From Piromyces finnis finn (Eukaryota; Fungi; Neocallimastigomycota): a stretch of DNA of 64,000 bases. The stretch covers positions 1,364,001 through 1,428,000 of the forward strand of contig MCFH01000003.1 in assembly GCA_002104945.1 (NCBI GenBank). Direction: 5' to 3'. Made by a program: the position numbers and the translations under genes. How positions within the stretch are numbered: position 1 is the first letter of the stretch; each line of letters begins with the position of its first letter. The notes beneath the pieces are model-generated. The model was not told the DNA's origin. It did not search any database and saw only the letters and a program-made list of their open reading frames with translations. Below, one piece after another: positions 1 through 14,249 of the stretch.

Positions 1-65
1 TAATATTAAAATTATAATTTTAACTATATAATATAATATAAATATTATATTTAAATGATTTGTAG

Positions 66-3000
66 GAAAAAAATGCCAAAAAGAAGAATAAACTTATGCC
101 AATTCTTCTCGGTGTTACAAAAGAATCAATAATAAAAGTTAATCCAGAAACAAAGGAGGTTATTGAAGAATGGAAGTTTAAGACTTTCAAACGTTGGAAT
201 TATAATAGTACATCGTAAGTTGCTTAACTCTATATAATATAATAAAATGAAATTTATTGAAATGATAATATTTTTAAATAATTATAACTAATTTTTAATA
301 CATTATATTAAAAATAGATTTACCATAGATTTTGGTGAAAATAAGGATTCAAACTATGTTGTTGAAACTGATCAAGGAGTGGAAATTGCAAAATTAATTA
401 ATGATTATATTAAACTTTTATTCAAAATGAAAAATAAAACAGAAAAGAAGGAAGAAGTTGAAGAAAAAGAAGAAATAGCACAAGTTACAGAAGAGATTCC
501 AGTCAGTGTAGTAAAAAATAAGATTGAAGTTGAAGTTAAAAAAGAAGTAGTAGTCAATGATTATTTAGATATATTAAATAGCGCTCTTATGTATCTTAAC
601 AAAGCGGAAGAATGTATTATACAATCTGTAGCAAATAATAATAATATTTTTTTGAATAAAACTTATTATCAAAACTTTAAAATCATAAGTTCTAATATTG
701 ATACCACAAATGATAACATTAAAAAGTTAGGACCATTATCTAAGGAGGACGATATTGAAAAAATATGTAATAAAATATTAACAATTGCTAGTTCAATTGA
801 AGAGATAACAACTTTAGTTGTTTTTAATTCATGCTATTTAATAAATAATAATTTAGCTAGAAATCAAAAAGTTAAGGAGAAGGAATCAAGTTTATTAATA
901 AAAAATTATTACTTTAAAGGTGGAAAAGATATTAAAAGCAATTCGCTTTATTTTATTCCAGACGATGAATCAGTATGTAGTTCTGTAAAAAGTAGGGATT
1001 CATTGACTCGTGATGAATTAAGTATTGGATCTTTTGATTCAAAAATAAATGATAATAGTGAAAATATCAAATTTATTGCTGATAAAATATTCTTACCCGA
1101 AGAATATAAAGTAATTACACACACTAAATATATTATAGAATCATTAAAGGAAACTATTATCAATAATAATGATTTACAGCGTTACACAATATTAAGTATT
1201 GATACACGTATTATTGTTGAAGTTTTGAATAAACTTAAAATTAATATATATGAAAATATTCCAGGAAAATCTGATTGTAATAGTTTTATAAAGAAAATTT
1301 CTGAAGTAAAAAACAATTTTACTTTACTACAAGAAAATATTACAAATGAGACTATAGATATTGAAGATAATGATGATGAAGAAACCACCGATAACCAATT
1401 TGAAGAACGTTATATTGATATGATTAATAACATTGAAAAAAGTTCAAATATTGTGTTTGATTTATCAAAAGATAACTATATTTCAATGATATCTTCCATA
1501 AGACAACTTCAGGAACATTTTAATGAGGTAAAATAATTTAAAGATAAAAGTAAATCCTTATTAAAAGGTTAATAAACTTATTAACATTTTCATAATATAT
1601 AAATAATTTATAATATTTTTTGAATTAGATGTATCCATATTCATATAAAGTTTGTGTTAAGGAATATAAAAATATGAAAGCTTCAACATATTTAAAAAAA
1701 TGTACGCTTTTCTTAAATTTGTTTTCATTATATATAAATGATATTAAAAAAATGTACGGTGATTATAAAAATTTAGAAGTCGAAGATCGTGAAGCTTATG
1801 ATAATGCTTATGGTGAACTTCAATCATTAATAGATATGTTGAGAACCATACCAAAACCCGAAATCAAAGAAGAAAAGAAAGAAGTAGAAGAAACATTAAA
1901 CTTCTATAATGATGTATTGGCAGATTCAGATTTAACTAGGTTGAATAAATTGATAGAAATTTTAAATAATTGTCCAGGCTTAAATGATATTCCAAAAAAA
2001 AATATTACTAGTGATATTAAAAATGATATTATGAAGGTAGAAACTTTAGGAAACTTTATGATTATAATGTGTAGCTGTATTAATGATATTTATAAGTTTT
2101 ATTGTGATTTAAAATTACCAATAACTACTAATGAAAATGAAGATGATAATGAAAGTGATAATATGAATGAATGTGGAATTGAATATGATAAAAAAGATAA
2201 AGCTATTCTTTTAGATATTCTAGAAAATATTACTTTTAAATACTCAGATATTACAATAGGACTTTGTGATATTGTATCTAATGTTGAAAATTGCCATAAT
2301 TCTGGTAAGTTATTTGATAATGAAGTTAACCTATATCTTGAAGAAATAAAAAAAGATCTTTTACATATAATGGAAAATGAAAAGAAAATAATTAATAATG
2401 AAGCTAAACATAAAAATATATGGAATAATAATATTGCTTGTGTTGAACAAATTCAATCAATTATATATAATATATTATCCCACTTCTCTAGTATTAAAAA
2501 TGAAAAAAATAGTGTTGCTTATATTATTTATAAAATGAGGTCAATAATTCAAGATATAGAAGATTATATTATATTATCAGATTCATTAAATATTAATTCT
2601 TTCAAAAAAACTAAAGAATTTATTACGGATCATCAAAATAGAATAAAAAAAGAATATGATAACTTATGTAATGGTTTCAAAGAATTAGTAGAATCAAAAC
2701 TATCCGAAAATGGTACATTACCATTAATAATTAAAACAATTCATATATTTGAGTTATATATTATAATGCTTAAAATATCAGTAAGTTTAATGACTTGTTT
2801 AAGTAAAGATCATCAAAAAGAAGTTTTAATAACAGCAAAAACAGCTGCCTTAACTTTAAATGATATTATTATTAATAAATTGGGATTGAATGAAGATGAT
2901 TTATTAGAAATTGCTGTTTATATGGAAGATGATATAGATATTAATAAAATTAATGATAAAATTAACATTTCAGAAAATATTGATGAGGAATTAGTAACTA

Positions 3001-4100
3001 AATTTAATGAACATTTAGTTGACTTGAAGGAAAAAATGAATAGTACATTTGATATTAAATCGATTATAGCATATAATCTTAATTCTTTATATCAGAATAT
3101 TAATGATATTATTGAAGAAACTAAAGTAAAAGAAACCCCAAAATATACTTCAGATGTCGGTGAATGCGAAAACTATTGTAATTTATTTATTCAAAAGGTT
3201 ACTGAAATAAGCACAAATATTTCAGAATGGGATGATTTTAGTAAAGTTCATAAGATATTCCAATTCTTCTACGCATTTAGAGGTTATTCTAATAAAGTTA
3301 ATTCAATTAACACTGAGAATGATATGAACTTATTGGAATCCAAAAAAGAATTACTTAATATTTATAATAAAATTGCTCCAGTTAATATTAAAATGAAGGT
3401 TGACATTATTTCTCTTATTGATGAGGGAAGAAAAATTGAAAGTGTAAAGTGGGAATCTGTTTTAAAAGATATATTAAATATTGCTGCTCAAATGCAAGAA
3501 TTATTAAAAAAATCTAAAGAAAATCAAGTTAGTTTATATACCTCAACAAAGGTTCAGAAATTAAATAGTGTAGAAAAATATTTTGATTGCATTTTTAGAA
3601 ATAACATAAAGGAATTAGATATATTAAATAATAGGGAATTTTATACTGAATGTAATGAAAACATTCTATATTATATAGTATATAATTCATTATATTCAGT
3701 TCATGTGTTTTTCGTTTCATTAATGAGAAAATGCTACGAACTTTTTAAGATGTCATGTAACAGTCCAATGGAAAGTCAAATGTATATGTTTGACGATAAT
3801 TGGTGTGATTTAATTATTAATTCATTTTTAGAAATCAATGATTCAATTAAAAATGTTTCAAATGTTATTCATAAAAACTCTTCTTATGTCAAAAATATTA
3901 ATATTTATAATGCTTTGAAAAAACTTTATGAAACACTTTATGAATTAAACTATTTATCAACTAAGAGATATATAAAAGATAACAATGAAGAATTATATGC
4001 AACTACTGCTGGTGAAAATGCTATAAGAAGTACTGAAGTTGCTATGACTTTTATGGAAGTAGAGAATTCTATACGTAAAAAATTACTTAATATGAATTAC
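66..4100 (+). CDS. Divergent, shortened talin paralog (FERM F3 subdomain, rod, degenerate I/LWEQ); 5' end lies outside the window
   Basis: Exons 66-214, 318-1527 and 1629-~4100 with GT-AG introns, all in frame. They encode EKNAKKKNKLMPILLGVTKESIIKVNPETKEVIEEWKFKTFKRWNYNSTSFTIDFGENKDSNYVVETDQGVEIAKLINDYIKLL, which aligns with the F3 subdomain of the neighbouring talin. The 3' end is uncertain: either a donor at 4101 or read-through to the stop at 4157. Confidence 0.8.
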
Positions 4101-4807
4101 GTATATGTTTTCTATGCTAGTATTATTTTTTATATATTTTATTCTTTATTTATTTAATTAATTAAATAGTTAAATTATATAATTAAAATATTTCTATTTA
4201 TTAATTATGGATTGAATAACGCTATATTTGTACCATTATTTTTATAAAAAAATTAAAAAATAAATTTTTTTTTTTTTTATTTTTTTTATAAAGTGAAAGC
4301 TTTTTTGGTGTAACATTTCAAAAATAGTTTTTTTTATATATATATTTATAATATTTTATAGCATTAAGTTCAGTAACATTATTTATACTATATTTTATTA
4401 TATATAATTCTGTTATTATTAAGTTGCAAGTATATCAAATGATAAAGGCTGATATATTCATATATATAAACCTTCATCATTATATAAAGTTTTAGATTTT
4501 CCAGATTATATTTTTAGAAAATTTTAAAAATTGAAAAAATTTTATTGATTATAAATATAAATAATTAATATATTTTATTTTATAAGTTTATGTTAATTGT
4601 TTTTTAAGATATATATGTATTAATATAGTATTATTTAAAACTATGGAATATTAATATAAAGCATACAATATATAATAATTGTCAATACTACTGAAATAAA
4701 ATATTTAATATTGTGTAAATAAAAGATATTAAATAGATAAAGTTTAAAATCAGATATATATAATATATTATAGTTGCATTATTTTTTGTTATATAATATA
4801 AAAAAAA

Positions 4808-7800
4808 ATGTCACAAATATCAGTAAAAGTGGTGATAATTGATATGAATATCACTAAAACTATATCTGTAAGTTTTCAAAATCAAATCACTTAAGTAGAA
4901 GAATATTTTTCTTTTTTATTATTAATATTTAAAACTATATATTTATAAATATTAGCTTGTTGGAAGCATGACAGTTCAGGAAGTATGCAGAGATATTAGA
5001 GAAAAAAATGGTGAAGTTGCTGGTGGTATTGATCACTCACTATTCTGGCCTGATAATAAGAAATGGCTTGCATTAGGAAGAACATTAGATTTTTATGATA
5101 TAAAAACTGGTGATACATTAGAATTTAAAAAAAAGCATAGAATATTAAAAGTAAGAATGATGGATGATTCTATTAAGACATTTTTAATTGATGAAAGTTT
5201 GCCTGTTAAAAGTATAGTTGAATATGTCGGTCAAAAATTAGGTATTTATTGATTCTTATTTCAAAAATCTAATTCAAAAAAAGCAATGATTAAAACGAGA
5301 AATTAATTTCAACATATATATATATTTTAGGAATTTCAAATATTGAAGAATATTCATTTGCACCAGGAGTTGAACCATCATCACCATTACCAAAAGATAA
5401 AAAAAAAGAAAAAAAAAAGGAAGATGGTTAGTTAATATAAAGAGTATTTAAAACTATTCTAATAAATATATTTATTTATATTTTATAAAATAAATTATAT
5501 AATTTAATGATTCAATAGTTCAATGGTTAAATCCAGCAAAATCACTTATTGAACAAGGAATGGGAGAAAATGATGTTGTTATTTTTAAGAAAAAGTTCTT
5601 CTTTTCAGATCAAAATATTGATAGAAATGATCCAATTCAATTAAATTTACTTTATAACCAAGTTCGTGAATTAATTATTTTGGGAAAATATCCTTGTACA
5701 ATGGAAGAAGCTGCTCAATTAGCAGCTATTCAATGTCAAATCCAATATGGTAACTATGATAGCGAAAAACATAAAGATAAATTTTTCAGGTAATTAAGTT
5801 AATTTATGAAATAAGAAAATTATTTATAAATAGATAATAGATAATTTTGTAATAATTTGTTATTATAATTTACCTTTTTTTCATTATGGAAATTTTCTTT
5901 TATATTTTATAAATAGAATGAATTCAAAAATACATTAATAATAAACAATATTAATAATATTTTAAAATATTAAAACATTTTTCTAAATTAATATAAAAAG
6001 AAATCCAGAAATTGTTCCAAAAGAATATTTTAAAAATAGAAGTGTTGAAAAAATGATTCAACAAGAATATTCAAAACTTAAAGGCTTAAACGAATTAAAT
6101 GCAAAATTCAGATATGTTCAATTAAGTAGATCACTTAAAACTTATGGTGTATCATTTTTCTATGTTATGGTATATAAAAAAATAAATTTATAACATGTTA
6201 TATATAAATATTAATTATTTATATATTAAAAAATTGTATATAATGTTTATATTTACTAAATTTATTAAATTTAAAAATCTAAAAATAAATTAGGAAAAAG
6301 GTGAGAAAAAAAGTAAATATAATATTCCTGTATATTTAGGTGTTACAAAGGAAAGTGTTATTAAATTGGATGTAGAAACCAAAGAAATTAAAAAGAAGTG
6401 GTCTTTAAAGCAGTTAAGAAGATGGGCTGCTACTCCAACTAGGTTATTATTAATATATAAAAAATTTTATAGAACATTATGAATTATATTATTGATTAAA
6501 AAAATAAAATAAAATAAAAATAAAAATGGTGACATTGATTATTGATAATAATATGCTTTTTTATTATAGTTTTACACTTGATTTTGGTGATTATTCAAAT
6601 GCATATTATAATGTTCAGACAAAGGAAGGAGAACAAATATCACAATTAATTTCAGGTTATATTGATATTATTCTTAAGAAGAAAAAAGACGCCGAAAGAA
6701 TGTCAAAAGAAGAAGATGAAGAATATGCTGTCACAGAAGAATATAATGTTGGTGGAAAAGCTAAAGCTCTTACTAATGGTGGTGGAGCTGTTAAAAATTA
6801 TGCTCAAGCTAATCGTGTTAATGGTAATGCCATGAAAATGAAAATGTATGGAAAAGGTATGCTTTCAGTTAATCAACCAAGATTTAATTCAACAAATACA
6901 TCTGTTAGTCCAGAAGTTTATGGTGCTCAACAAGGTATTATTCAAAATATTAATAATGGTTTTGCTACTATTCAGTCTATTCTTGATGATATGGTGAATA
7001 TCAATGAAATACCAGAATTAAGTAATGATGCTTCTGCATTACAATGGAAAAAACAAACTTTGGATGTTAATACTGAAAATATTAGATCTCAAGTTGCTTC
7101 CGACATTTCTGCTTCATGTTCAATTTTAAATCATACAAATTGTGATATGGAAGAAATGGAGTATGATGTAATTGGTGGAGATATTACAACATTATCAGCA
7201 AATATTATTCAATTAGTTCCATCAGCAAAAATGGTTTCTACTTTAGTCGATGACGAGGATAAAAAAAATAAAATATTGGATTGTGCTAAAGAATTAGCAG
7301 ATGCAACAGCAAGATTCTTAGGTAGTGTTCAACCTGTAATTTTGGGACAAGGAAATAAGGAAGAAATGTATCAATGTGCTGATGAAATTGGTAAAACAGC
7401 TTATTCCTTACTTAAAGAATTAGGCATTATTGAAATTGACGATGATAAAATTAGAGATTTACTTGAGGCTGCTAGAGAAATCTCAAATGCTACAACTGAT
7501 TTAACATTAGCTGCTAATAGTGTATCAAATGCATTCCCAAGTTCAGATAAGAAACATGAATTATTAAAAAATGCCAAAATGTGTACTGCTTGTGCTGTTT
7601 CCTTAATCTCAGCTACCACAGTGTCAGCTCCTGGTATCACATCTACTGTTGTATTTGATGAATTTATGGATTCATGTGCATTAATGAAGGATACTGTCAC
7701 TGAAATCCAAAATTCTTCACTTGGTTGTACTGATGAAAATGCATTAAATGGATTGAACCATGCTGCACAAAATGTCAGCGAATGTATTGCTAAGTTAATT

Positions 7801-10800
7801 AATTTAGCTAAATTAATTTCAGATGATTATGATGGTGCTACAGAATTTGATAAAGGTTATGATGCTGTTATTGCTTCATTAGATCAATATATGGATTCAT
7901 TAGGCGATATTGAAGCTATGGTTGAATGTACAAGAGATTGTACATATTGTACTAGACAGTATATTAATATTTTAAAAAATATGGCGGATAATGAAGAAAA
8001 CGATGATAATAAATCAAGATTATATGATGCTATTAAAGGTTTAACTGATGCTACCACAAAGATGATTTTATCAGCAAAGGATTTAACAAAAGATCCAGAT
8101 GATTACGAAAAGCAAATGAATTTAAGAAGAATTTTGGATGAAATTAATGATATTATGATGAGTTCTTCAGATAGTGATAGTTTAAGAACCAGAGCTTTCC
8201 AAAAATTAGCTAAAGCCGCAAGAGAAGTTATTTCATCATGTAATCAATTAACATCAGCTGGTAATATGGCTGCCCCATCTAATAGAAATCAAGCTTCTCA
8301 AATTAGTTTGAATCAGGCAGGAAGACGTGTTGGTGAAATTGCACCAAACTCTATTACTGCAATTAGAGATTACTTAAATGACAGAGAAAATACTCAAAAA
8401 CAATTAGCTTTATTGAATTCTTCTAAACAATTAGTTACTCCATGTAAAAATATGTGTGCTTGTGCTAAGACAGCAGCAGCTACTACTGGTGATGCATCAG
8501 CACAAACACAATTATTACTTGGCGCAAAACACACTGCTGAAGATTTAAGACAGTTACAATTAGCTTTAGAATGTGTAGAAGAAGTTAGTGCTGGTTTAGA
8601 ATTAGAAATGGCTATTGCAATGGTAAAACAACTAGAAGAAGATATTTGCCACGTAAAAGAAAATAGGGGTGAGCTTGTTCCACGTGTTGGTCAAACTATT
8701 GATATGGCACAAATTGAATTATCCTCCTCTGTTAAACCATTATCTAATGCTATCACTCAATTATGTAATTCTGCTTCACAAGGTGCTGAAAAATATACAA
8801 GTAATGCTGCTAGAGATCTAGCTAACTATTTACAAGCTGTTGAAGTATGTTGTAAAAATTTAAGTGCTATTAATGAAAGTGAATTAGCTCAAGACGAAAT
8901 ATTAAATGCTTGTGAGAATGTTCTTGGTGAAGCCACAGTTTATTTAAATGCTTCTTCAGAAGCATTAAATTCAGTTGAGGCAAGAGAAAAAATGTCAGAA
9001 TATGCTCGAAGAATGAATGAAGCCGTTGCCGAATTATTAATGGTTCTTCCGGGTTTGAAAGAACTTGAAAATGCTATTAAAAATATTAGTAACGCATTGT
9101 CCAATTTGGCAAATTCCTACACTCCAAATGGAGACATTTCATATAGAGATGCTCAAATGAACCTCAGTACAGATGCCTCATCTTTGGTAGTAGCTTCTAA
9201 TAATTTAGTTAGTGCAGCAAAATCTAATCCAACTGAATTATATAATGCTGCCTGTAAATTTAACGATACTTTTGAAAAAATTAGTTTGGGCGCTCAAGAC
9301 TTTATTAGTACTTGTGAGGATAAAGCTATTAAAGGAAAAATTGTTGATTTATTAAATGAATTAGGTGAATCTAGTCAAGAACTTTTAAATGCAACAAAAA
9401 TGTATTCCTTAAACACTGCAGATCAAGATTTAAAAGATAAATTATTTGCTGCCACTAAATCTATCAGTGATTCAATTTCAAAGATTTTAGATACTTGTTC
9501 AGCAGATGCCCCAGGACATTCTGAATGTAACCAAGCTTCGCAAATATTGAATGAAGCTTCTGCAAAGATTGAAACTGTTAATGATAATAATGATTGTAAT
9601 TTATCTTACCCAGAAAGTATGTCCTTAGTTACAAATAAATCCAAAACTGTTACTTCTTCTATTACTAATTTAACTGCAGCTTCCCGTGGTGGTAATATTA
9701 AGAAAATTGGTCAGGTTGTTGTTGAATTAGCAGAGGCTATCAAAGAAATTACTGATGGTAATATTCAAGCTGCCTACTTAATTGGTATTGCTGATCCATC
9801 TTCCGTTGCTGCAACTTCTAGAGTTATTAACCAAAACCAATTTATTGAAGGTGTTAATGAAATTAAATCCTCATGTAAGATTTTAACACAAGAGGACTGC
9901 TCTAATGAAGCTATTATGGAGGCTGCTAGTATTATTGCTAAATATACAGCTGCGTTATGTAATACCTCAAAGGAAGCTGGTAAAAAATCTAATATTAGTT
10001 ACAATTCTAAAACAAAATTTTTAAACTCAGCAAGAGAAATTGCTACTTATACAGCTGCTCTTGTCAAGTCTATTAAAGAACTTAGTGCCAATAATAATGA
10101 TGAAACTAGAAAGAATTGTGAAGAAAAATCCAATCATTTAATTGAAACTATTGAAGATTTAGTTGCATTCTCTATGTCACCAGAATTTGCAGGTTCACCT
10201 GCTTACATCAGTCCAATTGGTGAAGCTAATCAAAAACCACTTATAACCTATAACCATAGCTTAATTAATAGTGCTTTAGGTTTGGTATCAGCTTTAAAGG
10301 TTGTTTGTAACAATCCAAAAGATAATTCTGCCATTCAAGTTGTTCAATCTCAAGGTCGTCAAATCAATGAAGCATTAAGAAATTTAATTGCTACATTAAG
10401 TACTAGTGCTCCAGGTATTAAAGAATGTGACCAAGCTATTGAAAGAATTACTGATTTACTTAGTGAACTTGATTCTGCTTTAGTTGAAACAGCTGCAGGT
10501 AAATTAAAACCAAAAGATGTTAATGTTGATGCTCACAATGTACAAAATAGTTTGTTAGATGTTATGAGAGCTCTTTCATCTTTATTTGAAGTTATTGGAA
10601 GAAGTGCAAAAGATAATTCCAGTGAATTAGCATCATCTGTTGCTCAATTATCAGGAAATATGACTCAGGTAAGAAATTTTTATTTTTGCTTTATTATTAA
10701 ATGATTAAATAAATCATACTTAATCATTTTTTTTAAATTTTCTTTTTCTTTTTTAATTACGCATACACACCTTAGGGTGTTAACTCTGCTATTGATATTG

Positions 10801-13217
10801 CAGCTAAAACAAGTGACAGAAGCAATTCGGGTAAGATGCTCGAAGATATTAAAGATATTAATGAAATGCTCTTATCATTCTTGTATTCTTGTAAAGATTC
10901 TGGAGGTGATCCATCCAATACAGAAGCTCACGAAAGAATTGACGCAGATTATGACGCTCTTAATAAATTAATGAAAGATTTTATTACCTCACTTGAAGGT
11001 TCATCTGCTGATGATGAAGATTACTCAAAGAATGTTAAGAAGATTGAAGATCAATTAGCAAACTTATCCAATCATGATACCGGTGAAATTAACGAACAAT
11101 ACCAAGTTTATGCCTCTAATGTTGATGAAAAAGGTAAAGAAATACTTCAAAAGATTGCAGAAATTTTACAAGGAAATGATACTAATAGTGATGAAACGAA
11201 AGCCTACGCTGCTGCTCTTGCTGATATATATGAAACCATTGTTGAAAATGGTAAGAATGCCATTTCTACAACAACCGAAGAAAATATTAAACAATCTATT
11301 GAAGATGATTTACGAGAACTTGGTGGTTCCATTATTAAAACTATTGAAGCAATGAAAATTAATAGAGCTAATAGTAATCAAAATACAAAGGTAAGATTAA
11401 ATATTGCTTCAAAGGATGTCATTAACAACACTTCAAACTTAATCAAGGATGCTAAGGAAGGTTCAAGAGGTTTAACTGTTTGTCAAACTGCTATTGAAAC
11501 CATTGGTGAAGTATGTACTGATTTAGAAGCTGCTATTATTTTTGCTAGTGCTGGTCAGTTAGATCCAATAGATACTAAGGATAACTTCTCATTACATCGT
11601 GAAGATTTATTAAAGGAAGCCAAGAACTTAACTGATATTACCAAAGCCTTTGTTATGGCTGCTGCTACATCCAATACCAATCAAGAAGCATTTGCTCAAA
11701 ATGCATTGAATGCTTCAAAGACTTCTATTTCATTGAAGAATGAAGTTAAGAAAGGTGCTATTTCCATCACCTCTGGTGATAAGCATATGCAAGAACAATT
11801 ATTAGAGGCTGATAAAAACGTTTCTGAAGCTCTTAGTAACTTAATTGCAGAAGCCATGAAGACCTTTGGAAAGAATTTAACTGGTGGTGATGCTTTAGCT
11901 TTAAAGAATGCAGCTGCTGAAGAAGTTAAGGCTTTAATTGAATTGATTCGTATTACTAAGATGGTCGGTAATGAAACTACCCGTGGTGTTAGAGCCCTTG
12001 ATGGTGCTTGTGCTGATATTGATGGTGGTATTATTGTATTAGAATCCGATACTCCAGCCATTGGTACGGCTTTACCTGATGAAGTTGTTATGTTAGCAAA
12101 ATGTGTAGCATCTGCTGCCGGTGCCTTATTTACAACATTTTCTTCTGGTAAGCAAGATGAATTAGTTGCTGCTGCCAATAAGATTAAAACATCTGTATGT
12201 GATATGTTAAGAGCTGGTAAAGCTGCTATTTCTAATGCACCAGAAGATAAGAAGGATCCAATGATTAAGGCTCTTAAAGAAAGTGCTAATGCTAGTAAAG
12301 ATCTCTTAAGCTGTACAAAGGACAATTTAGAAAAAGAAAATGGTGACAATAAGGCTGCTATTATTGAATGTTCCAAATCTATTGCCGCTGCTGTTAATAA
12401 TGTTGTAACTGCTGCTGGTGATTTAATTCCAGGTGGTTACGTTGATCCTAATGATCCAAACGTTATCGCTGAACGTGAATTACTTTCAGCTGCTAATGCT
12501 ATTGAAGCTGCTGCTAAGAAATTGGCTACTCTTAAACCCGTTGAAAGACCTCAAGAAGCTAATGAAAATCTTAACTTTGAAGAACAAATCCTTGAAGCTG
12601 TTAAGGCTATTGCAGCTGCTACTTCTGCATTAGTTAGAGCTGCTACAAATACCCAAAGAGAAATTATTGCTATGGGAAAATTATTACCACAAGAAGATCA
12701 AGTTTATTTCTCAGATGGTACATGGAGTGAAGGTTTAGTTTCAGCTGCTAAACAAGTTTGTGCTTGGACCCATGAACTTTGTGAATCTGCTAATATGGCA
12801 ATTAAGGGTAATGTTCAACCAGAAAGAGTTATTGCTGCATCAAGAAATGTTGCCGCTTCTACAACCCATCTTTTATCTGCTGCTACTGCAAAGGTTGATC
12901 AAAACTCTCAAACTCAAATTCGTCTTAGAGCAGCTGCAAGAGCTGTTACACAAGCCACTGAACAATTAGTAAAGTCTGCCCAAGAAAACATGGCTTTAGA
13001 AGATACCGATGCTTTCACCGAATCATTAAAGGACGGTGTAGCCAACTCTCGTGCTCAAGAATTAGAAGCTCAAATGAACATCTTAAAGATGGAAAAGGAT
13101 TTGGAAAAAGCAAGAAACAAGTTATTATACATCAGAAAAGGTCGTTACCAAAAACAAAATGGTGGTGGTGGCGGTACTATTTCAAAGAGAGGTACTGGAA
13201 TGCTATCTGGAAAATGA
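4808..13217 (+). CDS. TLN: Talin, full length (FERM head F0-F3, Ala-rich helical rod, C-terminal I/LWEQ actin-binding domain and dimerization helix)
   Basis: Exons 4808-4867, 4956-5241, 5331-5426, 5519-5789, 6001-6169, 6294-6442, 6570-10668 and 10776-13217 sum to 7572 nt (2523 aa plus stop) with every junction in frame. Talin motifs: KKFFFSDQNIDRNDPIQLNLLYNQVR, SFTLDFGDY..YYNVQTKEGEQISQLISGYIDIILKKK, ILEAVKAIAAATSALV, WSEGLVSAAK, ELEAQMNILKMEKDLEKARNKL. Confidence 0.97.
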
Positions 13218-14249
13218 GTTTTTTTTTTTTTTTTTTTTTTTTCTCATAATAAAATAACAAAAAACTCATATTTACAAAAATATTATAATAAAAAAAATGA
13301 TATTTTAAATAAATGTAAATAAATTATATATATAAAGTTTTGATATAAATTAAATTAATAATATAAAGGACAATCTATAGTTTTCATATAAAAAGATTAT
13401 CTTTAAATTCCCTCTTTTTATTATTTTTTTTTTATTATATTATATTAAATAGATATAACTGTATTTACAAAAGTATAAAATTTAAAAAAAATTAAAAATA
13501 ATAATAAAAAAAAATTAGTAATATAATATTTATGTCTTATAAGTTCCATTTCCCTATTTATAATTAAGTCATATGGATAAGGATATGTTTATAATTTATA
13601 AGTTATTCTATTTTCCAGTTCAATCCCAGTAGAATAAACAGTAAAATAATACTATGTCAGATTTGAGGTATCAATATGATAATTCTTGTCCTATAGTTAT
13701 TTTCATTTGTTAGATTATTATAAGTAAATAAAAGCAATTTTTCGCTGTACTCTTTATATACATTTTATTTTTCTGCTTATTTTATAGGATAGGTGTAATT
13801 CCATTTTATTCAATTTATAGATTTTTTTTTTTTTTATATTTGCTACTTCTTTTTTTATTTTTTGTTTCTCTATTTTAATTCCTATTTTTACTATTTAAAT
13901 TTTTGATAATTTTTCCCTTAAATTGTACCTATTTTAAATTTAAAAATTGGATTCTTTACCAATCATTTTTTTATATAGAAAAAAGAATATATCTTTTATT
14001 AAAAAAAATAATAATTAATAATTTTTAATTTAAATTTTTTTTATAATTATTTTTTTTTTTTTTAAAAAAAAAAAAAATATTTATGTTATAAATAATTAAA
14101 CTATCTAATCGTATTTATTTTAATCCCATCTATTTGTATTTATATAACATAACTAAGTTTAATAGACTTTATATATATATTTAATTTTATTAGAATTTCA
14201 TATATTATTATTTTGTATCAATTTATTTTGTAATAAAAAAAAAAAAAAA

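Noticed and set aside
1528-1628. Apparent stop at 1534-1536 splitting the talin paralog into two ORFs
   Set aside because: Explained by a 101-nt phase-0 GT-AG intron (GAG|gtaaaa...ttag|ATG); not a nonsense mutation or read-through signal.
7401-12969. Antisense and out-of-frame ORFs inside talin (e.g. 11696-12376, 7401-7700, 11074-11355)
   Set aside because: Expected by-products of GCT/GAA-rich codon usage; no independent motifs.
13500-13720. Slightly GC-elevated patch between talin and POL12 with a minus-strand LLGLNW fragment resembling a retropepsin end
   Set aside because: Too short and interrupted by stops to support a call.
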